Shown here in pieces: positions 24,241 to 36,318 of a stretch of 64,000 nt of DNA; the stretch's first letter is position 1, and the number at the start of each line of letters is the position of its first letter. The notes under the pieces are model-generated. The model saw nothing but the letters and a program-made list of their open reading frames with translations, did not search any database and was not told where the DNA came from. The stretch lies in NCBI RefSeq assembly GCF_009914755.1, contig NC_060937.1. The stretch is one strand, 5' to 3'. The position numbers and the translations under genes are program-made. This DNA comes from the human T2T-CHM13v2.0 reference genome, Homo sapiens.

Positions 24241-24914
24241 TGACTCTCAGAACCATGTGGCGGGATTTTAAAGGAGGATCTTAACAGTGGCTCGGACAGA
24301 CCCGTGTTTTCTGCTCCTAGCATTAACTACGTCGTTAAACCCTTCTGAATTTATTTCGTCTGTGAAATGGGGAAAAGATAGCCACCTTGCATAACTGGTG
24401 AAGAATTCGTAAACTGACAGCAGAATCTAGTAAGAGGACTGGCCCGTGGTCGGCTCTTAATGGTGTGTATGGGGCTATGAACATTCCCAGGTCTTCTGAC
24501 CTCTAGTCTGGGACTCTTTCTGCTAAACTAGGGATTCTTAGAGGTCCAGAGACTTCGGGAGATCCAGGGGCATCTTCAAGGGGGTCCCTGAGTTCTAAAC
24601 TGCAGAGGAACACTCTTAAGAGAGATAATAAATATTTCCACCACATCTGTTATGGATAATATATATTTTGTCATCTATTTGCCAGAGACTGTTGTAAGTG
24701 CTTGTATACATTAAGTCACTTAATCTTTACAGTGAACACTAAGGTACATCCTATTATAATTCCCATTTTACAGAGACGTTAAATACCTATCTAGCTAAAA
24801 AATGTGGGAGCTGTTTTACATTCACGCAATCTAGCTGATAAAGCCACACACCTTAATGTTTGTACTATATATTATTGTGCAAGAGGTGTATTTGATAATG
24901 ATTCTTGTGTCACC

Positions 24915-25688
24915 ATTTACAAGATGCTTCTGGCTTTTATTAAACTCTCAAAGGGCAGGAAAAGAAAAAAAAATACAGAGGAACCTAAACCCTAAATCAG
25001 AGACAGACTACATGCAGATATACAAATGGATGATAAGAAACCAAAGTTGTGGGTACCATGTTTGCAATTCCGTTTTAGCTGAGTGCTTTGGACTATCACG
25101 TCCCTCAGTGGCTCCCTGGAGGAAGAATGATTGAATGACAGGATAGGAATGGAATGTAGCCATCATCTTATCTGACCACACAGACACCTCCCAGCAGATG
25201 AATGCATCACCTCCTCATGATAATTTTGAAGACTTTCTGAGAAAGTGATAATATTAGCCTATTACCTCACAACCACAAGGAACACTACAGTGACTACAAA
25301 CCCTATGTGCCTCATTCAACAGGTGTCACAGAATAAAGAAAAAGACTGGGAGAGAGATGGGAGAGAGATGGTCAGAGGAGACCAAAGACTGAAACTGAAG
25401 ACTAAACCATGGAAATTGGGAACAAGCACTTACTCGCTTAGAGGGTGAAAAAAGTGAATTTGCCTACAGGGCCAATTTGGAAGCACCTCTCCCTGGAAGC
25501 CAGGTTAGAATTCCTACTAAGGTGTCCTTGGCCTCTTCAGTGGTGGTGGCCTTGAACTACACAGCACACTTGCACACTCAGCTTCTGAATGTCCAGAGCA
25601 GTCCTGAGTCTTGCCTGAGAAAAATACTCAGGTTCTTGGGCTTCATCTCTCCCTTCTGCCTTCTTTTCCTCCACCTTTCCAGGTCAGC
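24915..25688 (-). other. SMIM2: SMIM2 terminal exon 3 (last 2 coding nt, TGA stop and 3'UTR); 3' end approximate
   Basis: Minus-strand acceptor cctccactcacccctctcctcacatctcatattccccag|GCTGA at 25689/25688; first downstream AATAAA at 24941-24936. Confidence 0.7.
24936..24941 (-). terminator. AATAAA polyadenylation signal for the minus-strand gene
   Basis: tttatt on the plus strand; first canonical hexamer after the predicted stop. Confidence 0.55.
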
Positions 25689-28600
25689 CTGGGGAATATG
25701 AGATGTGAGGAGAGGGGTGAGTGGAGGCTGAGTTTTGACCAATGTTATATGACATTTGAACCTGACCTATGGCAAAAGGAAGATCCTTTGGGAGGCAGGC
25801 CTATGTTCTCATCCCTTTTTCTGCCCCTTTGGATCAATTAGCTCTCAATCATTTTCTCTGGGACTGGTAAAGAACAGAGAGGGGCACTGGACAACATCAG
25901 CCAAGTAAAAGTAGTGCGGGGGTTGGGTCCCAAGTGATCTGTCAACATCCTGAAATGATATTTTGAGTGACCAGAGAAAATGCAGTCTCCATGAAGGAGG
26001 GAAGTCTAGGGTGATTCCTGTAGAGAAATATTGGTTGTGAGATTTAAGGGGTGAACGTGAGATAGACAGGAAATGAGGCAAGAGGCTGAGAGTCAGTGGC
26101 ACCACTTGCTTTGGAAATGGAGCAAAGTCTCCAGCAAAGGCTGTGAAGCTCACAAAAGCTTGGTCCTGGGGTGAGGTGTGGGGAGGGTTGGCCATATAGG
26201 ACAAGAGCAGGGCTGCAGACTTAAAGGCCCAAGGACAAGCAATGTGACTCCCTTTCCAGCAAGATTGGGACCTCACCAAACTACCATTTCCCAAGCCCCT
26301 CCATCCAACAACTGGATATTCTCTCTATGGCATGAATAATAGCTATTGTGCCACATGGTATGCAAAGACAATTATTATAGATTTGCTTTGTACTGGGCTT
26401 TTGCTAATTGGCTATAAGTGCTAACCTTTCATAAGTGACTCTAAAAAGGATGATTTCTGCACAGCTCTCTAAGCATTTGTGGACCCAGTCAGGAAAGCTG
26501 AAAGAAGCAGCAGGCTTAGCAGACCATTCTGAATAGCTTTGGAGACATAAGCCAGGGAGACCCAGAATGAGATAAGGAAACCAGTCTTCTCATTTGGAAC
26601 CTAGAACATTTGAATATGGACACTTTGATGTTCACCTTGGCACCATTAGTATTGAGCAGATTTGTTAAGTATTAGTTTGAACTGTATGATGTGCTGATGT
26701 TCAGCTGTTTTTGATGCACAAAACATAGCAATTTCCTATGGCTGAATCTAATAAAATCCTGAGGTAATAAGATATTCTAAGAGATGTTAACTTAGTTGAC
26801 TGGGGGAGAATGAGGAACTTTGGGGGCCTAGGTCTCTAGGAGTGAGTGTTCCCAATTATAAACAATTCATTAAAAAGAGGCTTGCAGGATCTCCAGTTAA
26901 AAATTCTAGTTTCATTTATTTATTCATTCATTGTAACAATATCAGAAATCATTGAGCATCTCCCATGTGTCAGTCACTGTGCTAGAAAGACAGAATAAAA
27001 TGATGGTCACTGCCCTGAAGGAACACACAGAATAGTGGGAAAGGAGTGAGGATGGTGCAGTGGACAAGGCTATAGGGAGGGCCCTGGGGAAACAGAAGAG
27101 GAACAGAGAGAATGATTCTGGGGAAGGAAAGGAGGAAGAGAAGGAGAGGTGTGGTCTTAGCCAGAGAAGGTTTTGATGTGGGAAAGACAAGTAATAATTA
27201 ACCAAATAGGAAAGGCAGGAAGGAAAGTTCCAGACAAAACCAGGCAGAGATAACCATATGATTTAAAGAAACAAGTTATATTTAGAGTGAATATAGGTAT
27301 ATTAAGTCTACAGAAAGGCATTTATCAAAGGGCTTTAGGCGTCTCCAAGTCAGGAACCATGTCGTATTTACATTCATATAGCCAGTGTTGTGTCCAGGAC
27401 CATACCTAGCACATGGTAGGTGCTTGGTAGATGTCAAAATAAACTGGCCTGGGGAAAAAAGCCTGAAATTGAAATATACCACAAATTTAAAAGAAACTTT
27501 TTCTTTCCTGCTCCCATTAGTCTGAATTGATGAGGTTTCAATGTATTACTTGAAATGTTATGGATGAAAACATTCATTTGCAACCTATCTCTAGAAAGAG
27601 ATGTGGTTATGTAACCTTTTAATCTGTGTGTCTAAGTAGATGTCAAAAGTATGTGTTGCCTTGAGGACTTTTCTAAGTCTGTTCAATGTTGCTATAATAG
27701 AATACCTAAGCCTAGGTAATTTATAAAGAAAAGAGGTTTATTTAGCTCACAGCTGTGCAGTCTGGGAAGTATGAGAAGGATGGTGCCAACATCTGCTCAG
27801 CATCTGGTGAGAACCACGTGCTGGGTTAAAAAACATGGCAGAGAAGGTCGCAGGGGAAGCGAACATTTGTGAAGAGAGGCAAAACCTAAGGGGCTCCTGG
27901 TTTTATACCAACCCATTCTTGTGGAAACTAATCCATTCTCACAAGAACTAGTCTAGCCTCCCCAGAGCAGGAACTCAGTCACTTGGTGAGACCCATGACA
28001 AGCCATTCACGAAGGATCTGCCCCCATGACCCAAACACCTCCCATTAGGACCCACCTCCCAACACCACCACACTGGGGATCCAATTTCAACATGTGTTTG
28101 GTGGGAACAAATAAACCATATCCAAACCATAATAGAGACTTTTTCAGTTCCTTATTTTGAATATTTAGTGTGTACTCTCCATAGGCCAGATGATATAACA
28201 GGCTTGTGACCACAGTGGTAAATAAGACAAATATAGACCCTGCCTTGAGAGAGTTTAATATTTAGTAGCTAAAACAGTTATTATCTGTTAATTTGCCTGG
28301 ATGAATCAGAGAAGGCTCTCAAATGAAGCAGCCTCTGGAAGACGAGGGCATTCCAGGGAGGAAGGGCGGCATATGCACCAGCATGGAGGCGGGAGGAGAC
28401 AGCACGATGTACCTGAAGAAGAACAAATAATGAGTGCTACTTGGGGCTATTGGAAACGAGAAGGAAATGTGGAAGAAGAAGTTAAAAAGGTGGACAAGGG
28501 TTAGCTCTTGAAGTGTCTTGAAAAGGAGTTTGTATTTTATTTTGCAGTCAATGAAGAGCCATTGGAGGATTTTAAATAAGGAACCGAAAAATGGAGTCTG

Positions 28601-31600
28601 AAAATAGAGGCGCAGAGACCGGTAAGTTGGTGGTTGCCAATCAGTGGTCCAAGGAAAAGATAAATGAGCAGAGCCGTGATCAGGACCAGAGAGGAGGCAA
28701 CAGAAAAGAGATGCTCAGGATACAATCGATGCGCTTCGAGAGTGACTGGAGGTGGGGCACTGTAGAATAAGTGACATGGAGAGATCTAGATTGACCTCTG
28801 GGCCTACAGCTCAGGAAAATGGGTGGGAGGTGGCATTCAGAGAGACCAGGAGCACTCCTTATCTTTCAGAGCCCAACACATAATCACCAACAGCTGACTT
28901 ATGAATAAGATCTTGGGGTCCTTGAAACACCGAAACACTGGAATTTTTAGAATTTTACATTCTTACTGCCCAAGAAAACCCCTTGCAAAGAAGAAAACAA
29001 CTTAAGAAAAGTAAAAGTATTTAAAAGGCTCCAACTTCTCCCAAACACCTCCTCTTTTCTGACTCTCCCAATTGTATAGTCACAGCAATAATAGCAGCCA
29101 CATATTAAGTCATTACCATCTATAGCCAAATAACTGCAAAACCACAAGAGGGCAATGAAAATGGCCATAAAGGCACAGAGTAGTAATTATTTTCCCATTA
29201 GCACCAGCTACACTAATATCAACATAGAACAATTAACATTCCTAACCTCATAATTAGGCTATAACCTCTGCATGTCTTGCCAGAGTAGATTGATGAATGG
29301 CACAGGAGGAATAAGCAACAATAAGGCAGCCGTGCAGTGAGACCACTGCATCCTCACCTTGTCTGCGGGTGATCCACAGTGCTGTTGGATAGAAAGGCAG
29401 TGGGAGAACTTGGTTGTGATTTCCACTGATCTAGCCAGTCCCCAGCTAAAAGCCATCGAATTCAGCTGCACTTTCTTTGAGTCCCAGGAAGTGAGTGTTT
29501 GAGTGGGAGAAAAGCTACAGCAGTAATAACACAGAAGGCAGAGTCCTTTTGCATTTATATCTCTTTATTCTGTCCATCACTAGGCAACCATTCTTTGTGC
29601 TTAAAACTACACATCTTTGTACATGTGACACCTTCTACTCTGAAGTAACCACTTTGGTTTGCAGTGTGCTAGGGGATATCTATTCTGTTTATTTCTGTTT
29701 AGGTCAACCACAATGAAGAACAAGCCATTTTGACCTCCATCCTGGCTCATCTCCTCTGTGTTCTCATAGCATCATATTATAGAATGGATCACAAACGCCT
29801 TTGCAGTTGCCTATTTATTTGTCCATTTCTCCCTCCAGACTGTGAGTTCCCAGAGGGCATGTCTTATCTATGTTAGTAGCCACATCCCCGGTATCTGGCT
29901 CTGTGGACAACACTCCGTAACTGTTGGAGGAATGAATGAATGAGTGAGTGAGTGAGTGAATGTTTTCCCTGAAATTCAAACCTTGATGGTTGAACTTGTC
30001 ATTATTTGGTTTACGGAACAAGCTAGGCTGATTGAATTGACTTGGCCAGGCACAATTAGGCAAAATGTAACACAAAGAAGATGAGTACACCAGCCTTGCT
30101 GATTGAGGAGATCAGCTGTGGATGAGCCAAGTGCCAGCTGCCAGCTGCAGTTGCAAGGCCATGTTCTTCTTCTAGCTAGGAACATTCTGTGGCAGAGACT
30201 CACTCAGGGGTCTGAATATCAGAATCACAACCAGAAAATGGCTCATTATTGCACAGACAAATAATTGGCGGCTCTCTCCAAGTAACAGTGTCTTAAGTTA
30301 GGTTCCCTAGAAGCAGATTATAAAACGAAGACTCTTGGTCAAGTGATTTACTGAGCTCATGCTCTCAGGAGAAAAGGAGTGAGAGGAGCATAATAGGCAG
30401 GGAGAAAAGCTAGAGGAGAGCTCAGCTGGCGACTGGCTGCAGCCTGATCACCTTGAGCTATGGAGCTGGCCAACCCTTTGTCTCTCTGTGTGGATTAGTC
30501 ATTGGCTGTGGGCTATCCCTGGGGGCAGGAACCATAACCTCCTAGTGAACACAGCTCTTATTTCAGTAGAGAGCAATTCTCTGGAAAAGTGGGCAGCTGT
30601 GAGCTATTGAAAGTCAGTACCCAGAGCTGGAGGATGGGTGCACGGCTGGTAAAGGTGCTCTGGGCATGGCACCTCCAGCATCTACCAGAGTTGGATTGTG
30701 GGAAATATTGTTATAGTCACTTTTCAAAAGAATATATTTATGCAGCCAACAGACATATGAAAAAATGCTCATGATCACTGGTCATTAAAGAAATGCAAAT
30801 CAAAACCACAGTAAGATGCCATCTCACGCCAGTTAGAATGGCGATCATCAAAAAGTCAGTAAACAACAGATGCTGGAGAGGATGTGGAGAAATAGGAATG
30901 CTTTTACACTGTTGGTGGGAGTGTAAATTAGTTCAGCCATTGAGGAAGACAGTGTGGCGATTCCTCAAGGATCTAGAACTGGAAATACCATTTGACCCAG
31001 CAATCCCATTACTGGGCTTATACCCAAGGGATTATAAATCATTCTACTATAAAGACACATGCACAGGTATATTTATTGCGGCACTATTCACAATAGCAAA
31101 GACTTGGAACCAACCCAAATGTCCATCAATAATAGACTGGATAAAGAAAATGTGGCACATATACACCATGGAATACTATGCAGCCATAAAAAAGGATGAG
31201 TTAATGTCCTTTGTGGGGACACGGATGAAGCTGGAAACCATCATTCTCAGCAAACGATCACAAGAACAGAAAACCAAACACTGCATGTTCTCACTCATAA
31301 GTGGGAGTTGAACAATGAGAACACATGGACATAGGGAGGGGAACATTACACAATGGGGCCTATTGTGGGGTGGGAGGGTAGGGGAGGAATAACATTAGGA
31401 GAAATACCTAATGTAGGTGATGGGTTGATGGGTGCAGCAAACCATCATGACACATGTAGACCTACGTAACAAAACTGCACGTTCTGCACATGTACCCCAG
31501 AACTTAAAGTATAATGAAAAAAACGAGTTAAAAAAAAAAGAAATATTGTCATAGTAATCACTACCGATTATTGAGCACCTACTATATGCCTAGTGCTGTG

Positions 31601-32584
31601 CTAAATATATGTATTTGCCCAGATACTCCTTTGGATACACCTGTTAGAAAGGTAATATACTAGCATTTCCATCCGGCAGATGAAACTCAGATTAGTGCTT
31701 AGAATATTTCCTTTCTGTGTCTACATTCCTATGATAGAATCAGGATATTGCACCTCCAACTGGCCTGAATTCCATGCATTCATTCTACTCATGAATTCCA
31801 CCAATGCTTTTGAGCACCTATTACGTACCAAGACTACGCTAGGCCCTAGGGATATATCAGTGAAATGATAGTCTTGGATCCTTTCCTCAAAGGATAAGAC
31901 TAAGCCTCAGGCCTAGATCCAATGTGATCTAATTAAAAAATATTATTTGGACATCTGCTATGTACATTCTGATTCACCACGCTTAATCAAGAAATAATCC
32001 AGACCCCATGCCTCTGTAAAAGTCCACTTGAATCCCTCATATAAAACATGCTACTAGATTGGGAAAGCCTGTTTTCAATACTTCATACAAACCAAGCACG
32101 GCAGGCACCTTCCCTGTGCATGAAGATTAAACTTGGTGATCTCTAAATTCCCTTCCAGCTATCACATCGTCAGATTCCCACCTCTGACCATCCACAGTGC
32201 TCATGTCTACACTTTTACTGGGGACTGTGATGGTCTGTTTTGTGTGTCAACTTGGCTAGGCTATAGCCAGTTACTCAATCAAACACTTATCTAGGTGTTG
32301 CTATGGCAATATTTTGTAGATGTGATTAACATCTACAATCACTTGCCTTTAAGTAAAGGTGATTATTGTCACTAGTATGGGTGGACCTCATTCAATCAGT
32401 GAAATGCCTTAGGAACAAAACTGAGGTTTCTCTGAGGAAGAAGAAATCCTGCCTCTGGAGTGTACCTTCACCTCTTCCTGAGTTTCCAGCCTGCCAGCCT
32501 GCACTACAAATTTTAGACTTTCAAGCCACCCCCACAATCACTTAAGTCAATTCGTTGAAATAAAACTCTCTCTCCCTCTTTCTC

Positions 32585-32627
<43 letters not shown>

Positions 32628-35600
32628 CTCCTGTTGGTTCTGTTTCTCTGGAGAACCCTGAATGACACAGGGACCCACCATGTACTTTTCTTATTGTAAT
32701 ATCGTCTGGTATATACAGTTTTACAGCTTCCGATGTGCATAGTTTTGGCCCATCCGGGTTACTAGTAGGCAGATGAAGCCCATGCTTAGAACACCAACAA
32801 AACAAGGGTACTAGAACATGAGAAAAGCTCATCTTCAATTCAATTAGCTTAACCAGAGTTTTGCAATAAGAACATGCAGAAATTTTGCTTACTCATAAAT
32901 TCTGGGTTTTTTTAAAAAAATTATCTGTATGTGGGTGAGAAGGACTATAATCATTTCAGGTTGGAGCCCCTAAATGTATTAATCCAGCTCTGTACATCTC
33001 CAAGTAGAATATAAGGTCCATGAGGTCAGAGGCCAAGCCTTGGTTTTTTTATGAGCCTATAGTACCCAGTATGATGTTTTACAGATAATCACATACATAG
33101 AAGGTGCTGCATCAACCTATTATTTTCCTTTTGTTTTATTATCCAGAATATATTAACTTTGGGAAATGGGAAAAACAGGCTCAGAGAAATGCAGATTTGT
33201 TTGTTTTTAGGGAAATTGATTTACCATCTCCAAAGGAGAGGCTGCTTCCTCCATATGGCTAGATTTATTATCTGGAAAACAGTCCAGAGACCAGCCTTTC
33301 TCTTGTTTCTGTGTCCATTGGCAGGTGCTGGCAGTCCAACTGACTGACATGTGTCAGGCTTTGTGAGTGTTTTAAGAGAGATTCATTTTGCAACAGCACG
33401 TAGGCAGGCTGTCCCAAGCCAGCAGCAAGCATTGTTGGCAGTGGAAGGGATTAAAAGGACTTTCGCAGAGACTCAGAGTCTAGACTCTTTCTGGAACACA
33501 ACCTGGAATAGCAGTGTGATGTGTAAACAGCAGATGTCCAATAAATTTGTGTTTATAGGCTAGCTGACCTTTGACCCCTAAATGATTAGCATCTCTGATG
33601 GAGTATGTAGAAAGGGGTCCAGATCCTTAAGCAAATAACTTCCACTTCGAGTGAGAATCTATCAACTTGAAAAGAGTTGTTTCAGCCATAAAAAGGGACT
33701 TCAGGTTGAGTCCAGCCTGTGGTGGGAAACTTCCACTAACTTGAGTGTGCACCCTGGTCTCTCTTACCCAACCAAAAACAAAACTGGTCATACAGCCTGA
33801 CATTACAGAAATAGAGGATAGAACTCGGAGCCCAAGAGAAATATATGGAAAGTCTTCCAGAATAAGAAAATTAGGAGAATTATAAGACAACTGTGTGTAG
33901 GGGTACCCCAAAGGCACTGAAGAGAGAAAAGCAACACAAGAGCCGAATGAACTCCATCTCCCATGCATCTCTGAAAGGTTTTCCTGCAACTCCAGTAATG
34001 TTGACCACTTTCCTGCAGGCCTTGCTGGCCCTGTCCTTCCCTCCCTTCATCCAGTCCCCTCCACACCGGCCAGAGTGAGGCTCTCTACGCCCTCTGTCTA
34101 CCTAAAGCCGGTTATGTAAAGCCCACAGCCTTCACAGGACACTCAGAAGCTTTCAGAACTAGCTATTCTCAGCCTCTCTCCAGCTGCATCCCCTCACGAT
34201 GCCTTGCCCTGGATGTTCTTTGGTCACACAGAACTATTTCACATTACTTTAACTACTCCATGCCCTTCCAGCTTCCAGGCCAAAAATGCCTTCAGCCAAC
34301 CTTTCAAAAGTTCACCAACCCTTCGAGGCCCAGTTCAAAGCTAGCTCCCATCTCCTCTGGCTGAATCAATCAGCCTTTCTTTGATGCTTTCCTAATACTC
34401 CCTACTCTCCATGGATATTGTATTCCAATCATTTATATAGTATATTCACACTTCAATTCTCAGCAGAATGTGAGCTCTTCAAAATGTCTGGGCAATGGTT
34501 ATTTTTAAAATTCTTGGTGCCTTGTTCCATACTTCTCACTTAGTAGGTCCTCAATAAATAGAGGTAGATAAATGAAGTAATCAACTAAGTGACGTATATT
34601 GTCAAGCCTGCCATTCAGCTCACACTCAGGCATTCTCTCAAGCTCTTCCTCCATTTTACCCCATCTGAAAATTGATGCTTGTTAGTGTGTCCAATACTAC
34701 TGCCGCAGATTTCCATATATGCCCCGTGCCTTCCACACAGACTCTGTGCTCATGTTGCAGGAAATAAGCTTCTCAGGCTGTACCGCATCCAGCACCAAGC
34801 AATGTGAATATGGGGTGTCCAATAAACACTAATTACGTTAATGATTTGTGATATTTTTCTGCCATTCAGTTATGTGCTTTGAAGAAAGACATAATGGCAC
34901 AGAGTCAAAGGCCAATCTGAATTGCAGAGAAATCCACTTGTTGGTGGGGGGCACTGGGTGCACTCTCTGCCTTCCTTCAGTCATTCTCTATCCACTGCGG
35001 GTGGGTGGCCCTCAGACACAAAGGGATCCATCCCACTGCAGGGCCCTGTTTGTGGAGGGGCTGATAAGTAACCTCTCTCAAGTCAGGTGTAGCTCTTAGG
35101 CCAGGAGAGAAGCTAGAAACATGCTGTGGCACCCAGTTCCAGGTCTCCAAAGACCTTGCCTCATTTGACTGGGGGTTGCTCTTCAGATCGAACTGAGGTG
35201 TAATTCAGCTTAAATCAACATTCAGGATGAGCCGTAACAAACAACAGCTTTTCATTGCTGCTGTAGCTCCATAAGCAAGATTATCTTAGCAATTAGAGGG
35301 TAATTATTGTCTACAATCAGAAGGGGAGAAGTGTCAGAACGAGGCCAGCAGAAGCGGTGACATAATGGATAATTTATTAGATGGTGACTGGATGTTTTTC
35401 TCTCTCCAGGCCTTTGTGAGAAAAACACCCAAATGCCACAAGTGCATCCCCAGGGAGGTGCAGGGTGGCAGGAGCTGAGGATGCAAAAACATAATTGCTT
35501 TCTATCTACTCTGATTTGAGCTTCATCAAATCCTTTGGCTCCCAAGGCATTCTGCAGCAGATGTGTGCACAATATTCCAGCACTAGGACTTGTGTCTGCG

Positions 35601-36287
35601 GGTACTGCTCGAGGCCCAAGAGTCTGAGGGTCTGCAAAGCCTCCAAGCCCTTCCCCTTCCTCCCAGGCCTCAGGGCCTGTGCTGGCCACCCTCCTATACA
35701 GCCCTTACTTGGCATTCTTGCTAAGTCCTGTGGGGGCTCCATCCTTGACTCTTTTCATTCCACGCTGATGTCTTCTGGGCTCTGCGCCTCAGGGGAGAAC
35801 TTGCAATGCTAGTAATAAACAAAGAGTACTCATGATAAAAAATGAATTTTGCTGCCTTAAGAGAGAACAGCAGAGCTTAAGGGCTTTCGTAGGTTTCTGA
35901 ACAGCCACCTATCTTTTCCGGCCGTTGTCCACCCATGCACCCATCCATTCTGTAAAACTGTTTTGTGCTCACTGTGCTCAAAAAGCAGGAAGGTTTTTCC
36001 CCAAGGTAGTTCACAGCAGAGTGAAATACAGACTAGAAACCAGATAAGCACCATGAAGCGATTTGAAGATAAAAGATCATTGTCCTCTACCATAAACCAT
36101 GAGGCCTTAGGGAGACATGAGTATACTCACACCCTCCGCCATGACAAGGCAATAGCTTATACATGGGATTTCAGCTCCCCCAGAAGAGCTAAATAAGGGA
36201 AACCTACTAATGCCAGTGTTTGGTCACATAGAAGGCGCTGAAAAACCCATGGTGACCAAAAAGGCCAGTGGTTGCCCCACCCTCCAA

Positions 36288-36318
<31 letters not shown>

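Noticed and set aside
30793-31311. 172-aa ORF with strong protein similarity
   Set aside because: It is the L1 ORF2 C-terminus of a 5'-truncated insertion with TSDs, not a host gene
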